In this document: in pieces, positions 7,540 through 16,040 of the stretch | Layout: every line of letters begins with the position of its first letter | Numbering within the stretch: the stretch's first letter is position 1 | DNA from: Promethearchaeota archaeon | GTDB lineage: Archaea; Asgardarchaeota; Lokiarchaeia; Sigyniarchaeales; SOKP01 | Length of the DNA: 21,383 nt | Assembly: GCA_013375475.1 (NCBI GenBank) | Contig: JABXKD010000067.1 | Span: 1-21,383, forward strand | Direction of reading: 5' to 3' | The notes under the pieces: generated by a model | The model's database searches: none | Told to the model about the DNA's origin: nothing | What the model saw: only the letters and a program-made list of their open reading frames with translations | Program-made: the position numbers and the translations under genes

Positions 7540-8649
7540 TTAAATTTTCCACTGACCCTCTTCGTAAATAACTTTTCCATCTGCAATAATTTTTGATCCG
7601 GGAGGTGTCATGTCCTTAAGAATATCCCAATGAATTGCGCTTTGATTTTTTGATCCTGTTTCCGGAAATCCAGCGCCTAGTGCACAATGCATCGTACCTC
7701 CGATTTTCTCGTCAAAAGCCATATTCTTGGTAAAATCAGTTATTCCATAGTTTGTTCCGATAGCAAATTCACCAATTATATTCGCGTTTTCAATTGCTAT
7801 TATTTCGTGAAGCAGTTCTTCAGCCTTATCTGCTGTAGCTTTTGTTACTTTCCCATCTGTAAATTCTAGATAAATGTTTTCGATTTCTTTTCCTTGGTAA
7901 ATTCCAGGATAAGTGAATCTTATATGTCCATTTACAGAATTCTCCAAAGGACCTGTAGCAACCTCGCCATCAGGTAAGTTGACCTGAGCACTAGCATTAT
8001 ACCATTTTCTGCCCTTCACTGAAAACTTTAAATCTGTATCCTCACCTAAAATGTGAATAATATCAACTTCAATCAAATATTCAATCATTTTTTCTTGTTT
8101 TTTCTCCATTTCCTTCCATTCCTTAACGGGGTCTTCTTTATCTAAAAATAACGCTTTTTTAACAAATTCTGAATAAGAAAATAAATCCATGTTTGCTTCT
8201 TGCGCAAAAGAATGACAGGGATAAGGAACAACCACCCATTTCATTTCTCCGCTAGCAGCGCGGTTCATAAATATCGTTGAAGACTCTTTATTAGAAGGTG
8301 ACCCCTTGACCTTAGCGATTAATTTTGAATCTACTAAGGAGAGTTTTTTCCGATTATAATCTCCAGAAATAAAAATAAAGCAATCAAACTCCTTATCAAT
8401 CTTTTTCAAGACGTCGTCATAATAAAAAAGCTGATCTTCAGAACCATGTTTGTAACGTAATTCTTCTGTTCCTTCGATTTTGGGCATTAATAAGGGATGA
8501 CCACCGGCTTTTAGAACTTCAATGTAAATAGCTTGAAAAAGTTCTTCAGCTATCGTTGGTCCTATTATTAACACCCGTTGGCCTTTTTTAACTTCTACAG
8601 AATATTTAACTGCTAGTTTTGCTAGTTTTACATAAAAGTCACTTATCAT
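7540..8649 (-). CDS. Aminopeptidase, peptidase M29 family, copy 2
   Basis: NLPDGEV, GEFAIG, FDEKIGGTMHCALG and SAIHWD motifs. ATG at 8649 (MISDFYVKLAKLAV) aligns with copy 1 and gives the same 1110-nt length. Confidence 0.93.
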   Translation of the reverse strand: MISDFYVKLAKLAVKYSVEVKKGQRVLIIGPTIAEELFQAIYIEVLKAGGHPLLMPKIEGTEELRYKHGSEDQLFYYDDVLKKIDKEFDCFIFISGDYNRKKLSLVDSKLIAKVKGSPSNKESSTIFMNRAASGEMKWVVVPYPCHSFAQEANMDLFSYSEFVKKALFLDKEDPVKEWKEMEKKQEKMIEYLIEVDIIHILGEDTDLKFSVKGRKWYNASAQVNLPDGEVATGPLENSVNGHIRFTYPGIYQGKEIENIYLEFTDGKVTKATADKAEELLHEIIAIENANIIGEFAIGTNYGITDFTKNMAFDEKIGGTMHCALGAGFPETGSKNQSAIHWDILKDMTPPGSKIIADGKVIYEEGQWKI

Positions 8650-8810
8650 AAATTTACTATTTTTTATTGATTTAAAAACTATTTCCAAATCAATTTTAAG
8701 ATTGAAGATTCTTAGGAGTTCTGAACATTAAATTATAAATGCCCTACTTCCCTATATCAATTAATCATATATATTGATTAATAACAACTCTTATTTTGGA
8801 AAAGAAAATC

Positions 8811-9626
8811 ATGCCTATTATCGGAATTGATTACCAAAAATGTAATAGCTGTCGAATGTGTATACAAGAATGTCCTAGACGCTTTTTCTTAGATGAGTCG
8901 AAAAGTAGGGTTCATTTCGAAGATATCGACGGCACATGCAGTTTATGTGGACATTGTATAGCTGTTTGCCCTGAAGATGCAATATTATATGAAGATTTCG
9001 GGGATGATGTTTTTACTTTTGATGGTATTGAAAACTTAGAAAAAATCGTACCTTATGAAAGTTTGTATAAGTTTATAAGAGCTCATCGTTCAATTCGACA
9101 TTATAAAAAAAGAGAAGTTCCGAAAGAGATATTAAAGCAAGTATTAGATATAATGCAATATGCACCTACCGGGAGTAATCTACGATACGAGAAATATGTA
9201 GTTATTTCGGATCGAGAAAAATTGAAGAATATTTCAGATGCAGTAATTGAAACGCTATTACAAGATCCTGGAATGAAAGATAAATATGAGGAAAGTTTTA
9301 ATATCAGAAAAAAGTATTATGACATTCCCGTATTCTTTGATGCACCTCATGTTATATTTGTATATTCGCTATTAGATATGCAACTTGCAGACCACAACAT
9401 AGGTATAATAATAACATACGGAAGACTAGCAGCCCAATCACTTGGATTGGGGACATGTTGGAATGGATGGGCTCAGATCGCATCTCTTGATAATAAAAAA
9501 GTAATGAAATTAGCAGGTATAAGAGGGAAACATATAGGAGCTTTTACAATTGGATATCCCAATATTACTTATAAACGTTGCCCTCCTCGCTCACATAAGC
9601 CGATTAAAGGATTGAAAATCGATTAG
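8811..9626 (+). CDS. 4Fe-4S ferredoxin domain-nitroreductase fusion
   Basis: Two CxxCxxCxxxCP motifs, then HRSIRHYK, APTGSN and AQSLGLGTCWNG. Confidence 0.92.
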   Translation: MPIIGIDYQKCNSCRMCIQECPRRFFLDESKSRVHFEDIDGTCSLCGHCIAVCPEDAILYEDFGDDVFTFDGIENLEKIVPYESLYKFIRAHRSIRHYKKREVPKEILKQVLDIMQYAPTGSNLRYEKYVVISDREKLKNISDAVIETLLQDPGMKDKYEESFNIRKKYYDIPVFFDAPHVIFVYSLLDMQLADHNIGIIITYGRLAAQSLGLGTCWNGWAQIASLDNKKVMKLAGIRGKHIGAFTIGYPNITYKRCPPRSHKPIKGLKID

Positions 9627-9801
9627 TAGATGCCATTTCTAGCAACTTTTATTTTCTCTTACCTAGATTTCTTTTTAGCTTCACCAAATAATTAACAATT
9701 CTATCTAATTTTTTTACTAACGCTTTTATACATCCTCATCTAATTAGTTATATATAAGTCTAATAAATCTTAAAAAAAAAAATAAAAAATTGGTGTAATA
9801 A

Positions 9802-10071
9802 ATGGGAAAAACTTTTGGTATTTTAGCTTTAATTTTTGGAATATTGGGTTTCTTTGCATGGATTATATTCCTTTTCATCCCTTTTAATCTTCCTTATAGT
9901 GGATTCTATATTCCTGGAGCGGCTATTGTTTTTGGAATTATCGGGATTATTGTAGACGACAGTAAAGGAATGGCTATTGCGGGATTAGTTCTTGGATGCA
10001 TTGCAATAGTATTTGTATGGTTCGTAATACCTATACTAATACTTATGTTCTTCTTCGCCCTAATACCTTAG
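9802..10071 (+). CDS. Small 3-TM membrane protein, DUF4190-like, copy 1
   Basis: AIVFGIIG...KGMAIAGLVLG motif; Gly-rich TM helices. Confidence 0.75.
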   Translation: MGKTFGILALIFGILGFFAWIIFLFIPFNLPYSGFYIPGAAIVFGIIGIIVDDSKGMAIAGLVLGCIAIVFVWFVIPILILMFFFALIP

Positions 10072-10268
10072 GGAGGAGGAAAATTTTTTAAATTTTTTAA
10101 ATTTTTTTTTTTATTTTTATTTCTTTAACAGGCACTCCCAATCAATTTGAGTCTTCCAGTAACATCTTTATCACAATAATTTTTACAAACTTTTTTATGG
10201 AAGTCCTCTTCATTAATAATCAGATATTTCAAAAAAAGATAATAATAAATGGGAAATAAGTGAATAAA

Positions 10269-10532
10269 ATGGGAAAAATTTTTAGTACTTTTGCTTTAGT
10301 TTTTGGGCTAATAGGACTTCTGGGTGGCTGGCTTTTAGTATTTTTCTTGCCTTTTGGAGAATTATACCTACCGATTGCAGCAATAGTTTTTGGGATAATC
10401 GGTATTATTTCTGAGGATTCCAGGGGTATGGCAATTGCAGGATTAGTTCTGGGAGTGACTGGAATTATTTTTGTGCTATTCGCTCTACCTGCGATATTAA
10501 CACTGATTCTTATCTGGTTGGCTTTAACTTAG
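10269..10532 (+). CDS. Small 3-TM membrane protein, DUF4190-like, copy 2
   Basis: Paralog of 9802..10071 (MGKxF, AAIVFGIIGII, GMAIAGLVLG). ATG 10269 aligns with the copy 1 start. Confidence 0.75.
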   Translation: MGKIFSTFALVFGLIGLLGGWLLVFFLPFGELYLPIAAIVFGIIGIISEDSRGMAIAGLVLGVTGIIFVLFALPAILTLILIWLALT

Positions 10533-10568
10533 GAGTATCAAGAATAATTTTATATTATACTCTTTTTT

Positions 10569-11636
10569 TTATTTCTTTAACAAGAATTCCCAATTAATTT
10601 GACTCTCCATTAACTCTAGAACAGCTTGAATTTCGTCTTCTTGTATCCCTGGTTTTAATCGCTCCAGATTTCTCATCGTAGTGTATGTATCCGATGGGCT
10701 TAAGATAATAGGAATTTTCTTTTCGTTAGCCACTCTTACGACTTTAGCGTCAGGTTGAATGAATCCCGTTAGAATGAGTACCGATACGTCTTCGTTAAGG
10801 GCTACTAAAGCAAGATCTGCCCTGTCTCCACCGGTAATTACTGCAGCTTTTCTAACTTGTCTTAGATATTTCAACGCCGCTTGAGCGTTCATAGCCCCGA
10901 TGATGATTGTTTCGACTGTATTACTCAATCCCGTTGTAGCTGCTTCGTTAATCAATTCCCCACCTATAGCTTCTAGCACTTCCATTACTCGAGGTGAGAA
11001 TAGGTCGATGCTTCTTTCAATTATCCCTAAAACAGGAATGTTATATTTATCAATGTGTTCTTTTTGTAGCTCTTTTATTCTTGGTATATATTCAAAATCG
11101 ATTTTATTAAAGATGATTGCTGAAAGGTTAACTTCTCGAAATTCAAAATAGTTTTTAGTAAAGAAAATGTTATCAATACACATATCAGAGGATTCGGAGG
11201 ATACATATATCAAATCTTTAATTCCTAACGACTTTGCTATGCTCACATCATCGATACCAACTCTCACGAATTTTCTTATTGATGGTGCTCCTTCGATTAA
11301 CACATAATCAACATCTTTAGAAATCTCTTCGTAGACTGCCCTAATCTCATCTAAATATTTTAATTTCTTGTCAGCATCTATTAAATCAATATAATAGGTA
11401 TCTGGAATCGAGATCGGACAAACCATATCGTAGGAATCTTTATCTTTGTATACAGTCTTCAAAATAAAATCAATATCTTTATCAGATTTTGAACTAAACG
11501 CACCCTTTGGGCATCCGATTGGTTTAAAGTAAGCAAATTTCTTACCCTCTTTTTTTAATTTTTGAATAAAACCAATTGAAAGAAAACTTTTTCCTACTCG
11601 TTCTTGCAAAGAACATAAATAAAGTGTTTTTACCAT
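10569..11636 (-). CDS. Phosphotransacetylase N-terminal-like protein (BioD-like P-loop plus DRTGG domain)
   Basis: RVGKS, YFKPIG, VLIEGA, IIFNK, IIGAM and ITGGDRAD motifs; no Pta catalytic domain. Confidence 0.88.
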   Translation of the reverse strand: MVKTLYLCSLQERVGKSFLSIGFIQKLKKEGKKFAYFKPIGCPKGAFSSKSDKDIDFILKTVYKDKDSYDMVCPISIPDTYYIDLIDADKKLKYLDEIRAVYEEISKDVDYVLIEGAPSIRKFVRVGIDDVSIAKSLGIKDLIYVSSESSDMCIDNIFFTKNYFEFREVNLSAIIFNKIDFEYIPRIKELQKEHIDKYNIPVLGIIERSIDLFSPRVMEVLEAIGGELINEAATTGLSNTVETIIIGAMNAQAALKYLRQVRKAAVITGGDRADLALVALNEDVSVLILTGFIQPDAKVVRVANEKKIPIILSPSDTYTTMRNLERLKPGIQEDEIQAVLELMESQINWEFLLKK

Positions 11637-11694
11637 TTTGTTCACTTATTTCATTTTATTCTTATTTTAATTTATATTATCTCAATAATTACCA

Positions 11695-13863
11695 TTATCG
11701 TGATATTGTTATCTTAATATCTACTGCACTATAACCCTTTACAAACGATAGAAGTGGATTTATATCTAACTCTACAATCTCTGGAAAATCGTTTACTAAT
11801 TGAGCAAGGCGTAATAAAACTTCTATGATCGCATCAATATCTGAGGAAGGCTCGCCTCGAACACCTTGTAGAAGACTAAAAATCTTAGTTTTTTCAATCA
11901 ACTTCTTTGCGTAATCTTTAGAAAAGTTATAGGATAGCGCAAATGACACATCTTTCATGAAATTAGCGTAAATCCCTCCCGTTCCAAACATAATCAATGG
12001 ACCAAACTGTGGATCTTTGCTCATACCAATGATTATTTCATTAACTTTAGTTTGCTGCTTAAAATCAATCATCTCCTGGACTTCTACGCCGAATATAAGG
12101 GCGTTTTGAGGTCCAAACCTCTTAGCATTATCGAGAATTTGTACATACGCTTCAAATGCGTCTTGTTCTGATTCAATGTTTAGGAAAATTCCGCCCACAT
12201 CTGTTTTGTGAATTATTTGAGGACTCACAATCTTCAAAACAGATTTGCCTAATTCTTTTTGTATTCTACTAGCTTCAGTCGGTGTTCTTGCTAATCGAGA
12301 TTTAGGAGATTTTATGCCATAATTATCAAAAATTTCGCTAGTTTCGTGGCTTAGCAATACTGTTCTCCCTTCTAGTCTAACATTATCGAATATCTCGCGA
12401 ACTCTTTTTTTTTCAACTTTAAATTTTGGAATCTCTATTTTATCGAGTGGGGCTCTATTTTGAAATTCATTATATTTAACCATAGCTTTAAGAGCTTCTG
12501 CAGCCCTTTCGGGAAATCGATAACATGGAATATGATTCTGCTTTAAATATTTTGTAGCCTCTACCATTGAAACTCCACCTACGAGTGCCGTAACGATTGG
12601 TTTATCTAATAAGGATTTAGATGAGATTCTGTGAATTAATTTAGCGACCTGAATTGGGTGCGTTTGAGCTTGTGGGCTCATAATAATAAGGGCACCATAA
12701 GTTGTGATATCATCCTCGTCAGGAGCTTGTAGAGTATTATGCTTATTTAATCCAAAAATAGTCTCTATGGTGAATTCATATCTCTCAGGAGAAGCGTCAC
12801 CTATGATGTCAATAGGATTAAAAATAGCTGCTTCTGCCGGCAAGGTTTCACGTAACATATGTAATATAGGCTCAGAAAATTGAGTAAATTTCAATCCTAC
12901 TCTTTCAAACGCATCTGTAGCTATTATACCCGGGCCACCAGCGTTAGTGACTATTGCAAAAGAATTCTTTTGGGGAATCGGTTGGAATAAGAAGATTTCT
13001 CCGTAGTCGAAGAGATCTGCGATCGTATTTGCTCTTAAAACTCCACATTTATCGAAAGCTAACTCATACGCTATATCCAAACCAGCTAGAGCACCAGTGT
13101 GACTCGAAGCTGCTCTAGCACCAGCCGCACTAACGCCTGATTTTAATATAATTATTGGTTTTTTTCGCGCTACTCTTGAGACTACTTCTAAAAACTTTTT
13201 ACCATCCTCAATGCTCTCTAAATAGCTTAAAATAACTTTAGTATTTGGATCGTCTGCAAGATATTCAATAAAATCAACTTCGTCGATGTCGGCTTTATTA
13301 CCTAAACTTATGTTACACGAAAAACCAAAAGCTTGATCCATAGAATAATCCATCATTCCAGTAAGCATAGCTCCAGATTGAGATATCATCGCAATCTCAC
13401 CCTTTTTAGGCGTGTTAGCAGCAAATGAGCCGTTATAATTAATCCCAATAAATCCTAAACAATTTGGTCCAATGACCCTCATTCCATACTTTTTTGCGAC
13501 CTTAATTAATTCCAGTTCTCGTGTAATTCCTTCGCCACCGATTTCTTTAAAACCGGCAGTAATAATGACCAATCCTTTAATCCCCTTTTTTCCGCATTCT
13601 TCAGCAGATTTATTTACAACTTTTCCTGGAATAACGAATATCGCTATATCGATCTCTTCTGGAACATCTAGAACGCTCTTATAAGCTTTGTTTCCTAATA
13701 TTTCACTCGCTTTAGGATTAATAGGGTATAATCTACCAGAAAATTTCGATTCAATAATGTTTTTCAATACATTGTATCCCACTTTACCAGGAGTACCACT
13801 CGCTCCAACGACTGCAATGCTTTTCGGGTTAAAAAAGAAAGATATATCGTTATTTTGGGCCAT
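11695..13863 (-). CDS. acd: ADP-forming acetate/acyl-CoA ligase, fused alpha-beta
   Basis: PKSIAVVGAS, IGPNCLG, SQSGA, phospho-His SHTGALAG, TNAGGPG, NPIDIIGDA, the ATP-grasp HKTDVGG, DPQFGP and ELDINP. Confidence 0.92.
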   Translation of the reverse strand: MAQNNDISFFFNPKSIAVVGASGTPGKVGYNVLKNIIESKFSGRLYPINPKASEILGNKAYKSVLDVPEEIDIAIFVIPGKVVNKSAEECGKKGIKGLVIITAGFKEIGGEGITRELELIKVAKKYGMRVIGPNCLGFIGINYNGSFAANTPKKGEIAMISQSGAMLTGMMDYSMDQAFGFSCNISLGNKADIDEVDFIEYLADDPNTKVILSYLESIEDGKKFLEVVSRVARKKPIIILKSGVSAAGARAASSHTGALAGLDIAYELAFDKCGVLRANTIADLFDYGEIFLFQPIPQKNSFAIVTNAGGPGIIATDAFERVGLKFTQFSEPILHMLRETLPAEAAIFNPIDIIGDASPERYEFTIETIFGLNKHNTLQAPDEDDITTYGALIIMSPQAQTHPIQVAKLIHRISSKSLLDKPIVTALVGGVSMVEATKYLKQNHIPCYRFPERAAEALKAMVKYNEFQNRAPLDKIEIPKFKVEKKRVREIFDNVRLEGRTVLLSHETSEIFDNYGIKSPKSRLARTPTEASRIQKELGKSVLKIVSPQIIHKTDVGGIFLNIESEQDAFEAYVQILDNAKRFGPQNALIFGVEVQEMIDFKQQTKVNEIIIGMSKDPQFGPLIMFGTGGIYANFMKDVSFALSYNFSKDYAKKLIEKTKIFSLLQGVRGEPSSDIDAIIEVLLRLAQLVNDFPEIVELDINPLLSFVKGYSAVDIKITISR

Positions 13864-14054
13864 TATTGAACGAACGCTAGTTGATTTTAAGATTATTCCT
13901 TACAGAGTTTTATTACTATTGGTTTAAAAGTTTTTATATTTTTTGCATAAGAATCTAAATCTAATCTACATCCTCTTATTTTTAGCTTAAAAACCATTTT
14001 CTAAGAATTAAACAATAAGTGTTGAAAGCTCCGCAATTTAGGTAAAATGAATAC

Positions 14055-14345
14055 TTATTCGCGTTTTTTCTTCTTTTTTAAGCGTTTTCTTACTACATAT
14101 AAAGACGGAATAGAGACTGCTCCAATTCCAACAATTATTAATAAACCAAAAGTTGGAAATTGTTGTTGCTCTACTTTAAAGTAGGCTTTACTGAAGCTGA
14201 ATGCCGAGAGATAGTCGGCATCACTAATTTTTATTTGGTAAAAGTTAGAAAGGCTTACATCTGATAAAAGATGCCATAAATACCTACCATCATTTGTAGT
14301 ACGATCAGTAATCGTTTGAACATATACATCTTCTTGGAATAGGTT
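14055..14345 (-). pseudogene. 5'-truncated surface protein: Ser/Thr-rich GPI-anchored/Kre9-like Ig domain plus C-terminal TM and basic tail
   Basis: The open frame (14369-14055) has no ATG/GTG/TTG. It reads NLFQEDVYVQTITDRTTNDGRYLWHLLSDVSLSNFYQIKISDADYLSAFSFSKAYFKVEQQQFPTFGLLIIVGIGAVSIPSLYVVRKRLKKKKKRE*. Confidence 0.75.
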
Positions 14346-14638
14346 CTTCCTTTCTATTCTGGTGGATACTTAACTTACCCTTAAGTCTAAATTCTAAGTA
14401 CACAATATTTCTAATACTCTTAGGGTGTCTTTTATCTCTATTTAGTTTCCATCATGTATTCAGTTTTTATAAAGCCTGTAAAAATTGCCCTACTCCTTTT
14501 AACTGGGCTATCTGTAGTGGTTTTAGTTCAATTAAATACAATTTGGATCAAAATGGTTTAAATAATTTTTTTAAATTGATGGATGGGTTACCAAAAGTAA
14601 GGATTAGAAAATCAATTAAAAAGATTGAAAAAGAGTAA
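14330..14638 (+). pseudogene. 5'-truncated membrane protein with a CxxC...W..C.GF motif
   Basis: The frame is open from 14312 and reads LLGIGSSFLFWWILNLPLSLNSKYTIFLILLGCLLSLFSFHHVFSFYKACKNCPTPFNWAICSGF...KKIEKE*. There is no start codon ahead of the TM and Cys region. Confidence 0.65.
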
Positions 14639-14881
14639 TTTTTACATATAAGACTAGCTACATATAGTTCATAAAATACTACCAAAGAATCATATAATTA
14701 GACCAGAACTCTTATCTTTATATTTCATACTAAATCATTCTTAAGGTAATTAAATTAGATAGCTTTTTGTAATATAATATTATTTTAACTTAACTTTTAT
14801 AAAGCGTTACTAGATATGTCCAATCAATTCGAACCTTAAAAATGTGAAAATCCTTTTTTATAATACCACACTAGACGTATT

Positions 14882-15358
14882 ATGACAAATGTAAAAATTG
14901 TTACTACAAAAGGAGACATTAACTTTAAGTTATTCGACAACGAAGCGCCTTTAACGGTTTCGAGTTTTTTATTTTTAGCAAAAAAAGGGTTTTACGACGG
15001 GATCGTTTTCCATCGAGTAATAGATAATTTCATGATCCAAGGAGGTGACCCTCTTGGTAACGGTATGGGAGGGCCTACAGCAGTTGGTGTAAATTCATTT
15101 CCATTTCAAGGACGAGATATGTCGTATCCTTACGCTGACGAATTTCAATCAGGAAAAGTCTTCAATAAACCTGGTATTTTAGCAATGGCTAACGCTGGTC
15201 CGGGCACGAATGGTTCGCAGTTTTTTATTACTCACGTACCCACTCCACACTTGAACAATAAGCATACAATCTTTGGAGAAGTTACGAGTCCCGCAGATCA
15301 AGCTGTAGTAGATGCTATAAGAAAAGGAGATAAAATAAAGAAAGTTGAAATTATTTAA
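14882..15358 (+). CDS. Cyclophilin-type peptidyl-prolyl cis-trans isomerase
   Basis: [39 protein letters not shown] and [12 protein letters not shown] motifs. Confidence 0.96.
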   Translation: MTNVKIVTTKGDINFKLFDNEAPLTVSSFLFLAKKGFYDGIVFHRVIDNFMIQGGDPLGNGMGGPTAVGVNSFPFQGRDMSYPYADEFQSGKVFNKPGILAMANAGPGTNGSQFFITHVPTPHLNNKHTIFGEVTSPADQAVVDAIRKGDKIKKVEII

Positions 15359-15440
15359 TAGCTCTAACCAATTTCTTTTTTATCGATTTTTAATAATTTA
15401 TTTTTCTTTTTTTTTAAGTTAGAAAAGTTAAAGATGTGAG

Positions 15441-15614
15441 TTAATAAGAATCTTCATCCCATTCGCCATCATTATAGTCGTCAAATTCGTTGTCATCGTC
15501 ATCATCGTCATATTCATCGTCCCAATCGTCATCATCGTCGTATTCATATTCTAAATCTACATCTTCTCTAACTTTAAATTTATTAAAAAAATTCTTATCC
15601 TCCATAATAACCAA
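15441..15614 (-). CDS. Hyper-acidic Trp-containing microprotein, copy 1 (57 aa)
   Basis: MVIMEDKNFFNKFKVREDVDLEYEYDDDDDWDDEYDDDDDDNEFDDYNDGEWDEDSY*. TTG start after GGGG (alternative ATG at 15605). Paralogous to copy 2. Confidence 0.8.
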   Translation of the reverse strand: MVIMEDKNFFNKFKVREDVDLEYEYDDDDDWDDEYDDDDDDNEFDDYNDGEWDEDSY

Positions 15615-15676
15615 CCCCTGATTTGATTATCTATGTAATTTTAATTATTTTTTTTGTTTTTTTTTAATCTATTGTA

Positions 15677-15727
15677 TATTATTTGAAATAAAAAGCACTA
15701 ATGTTTTTTAAAGATTACGATCAAAAG
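15677..15727 (-). promoter_or_regulatory. Conserved upstream block of microprotein copy 1
   Basis: 45/51 nt identical to 15932..15982; contains TATA-like CTTTAAAAA on the minus strand. Confidence 0.6.
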
Positions 15728-15732
15728 GTAAG

Positions 15733-15879
15733 TTACTCATCTTCTTCGTCCCAATCACCATCGTTATAGTCATCATAATCTTCCTCATTTTCGTCGTCCT
15801 CGTCCCAATCATCCTCATCTTCGTCTTCTTCTCTAATTTTATTTTCATTATATACACTTTCGTCCTCTATAATTACCAA
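15733..15879 (-). CDS. Hyper-acidic Trp-containing microprotein, copy 2 (48 aa)
   Basis: MVIIEDESVYNENKIREEDEDEDDWDEDDENEEDYDDYNDGDWDEEDE*. Same GGGG-TTG-GTW-ATT-ATR-GAG-GAY start context as copy 1. Confidence 0.8.
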   Translation of the reverse strand: MVIIEDESVYNENKIREEDEDEDDWDEDDENEEDYDDYNDGDWDEEDE

Positions 15880-15931
15880 CCCCAACTTTTAATCGTTTAT
15901 GTATTTTTTTTAATAATTTTAATCCTTTATC

Positions 15932-15982
15932 TATTATTTGAAATACAAATCTTGAATGTTTTTTAAAGCTTACGATCAAAAG
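15932..15982 (-). promoter_or_regulatory. Conserved upstream block of microprotein copy 2
   Basis: 45/51 nt identical to 15677..15727; lies in the divergent intergenic region before 16041. Confidence 0.6.
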
Positions 15983-16040
15983 ATTTATTAGAAAATGGCT
16001 TTATTAATAATTCATATTAGAACATTAGGTTGCGTTTAAA

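Noticed and set aside
10248-10262. Regulatory uORF MGNK* upstream of the second membrane protein
   Set aside because: It is more simply a short local duplication of the start context, with no supporting evidence.
15441-15982. CRISPR array or non-coding microsatellite
   Set aside because: The TCA/TCG repeats are Asp/Glu codons on the minus strand. There are only two long repeat units and no regular repeat-spacer pattern.
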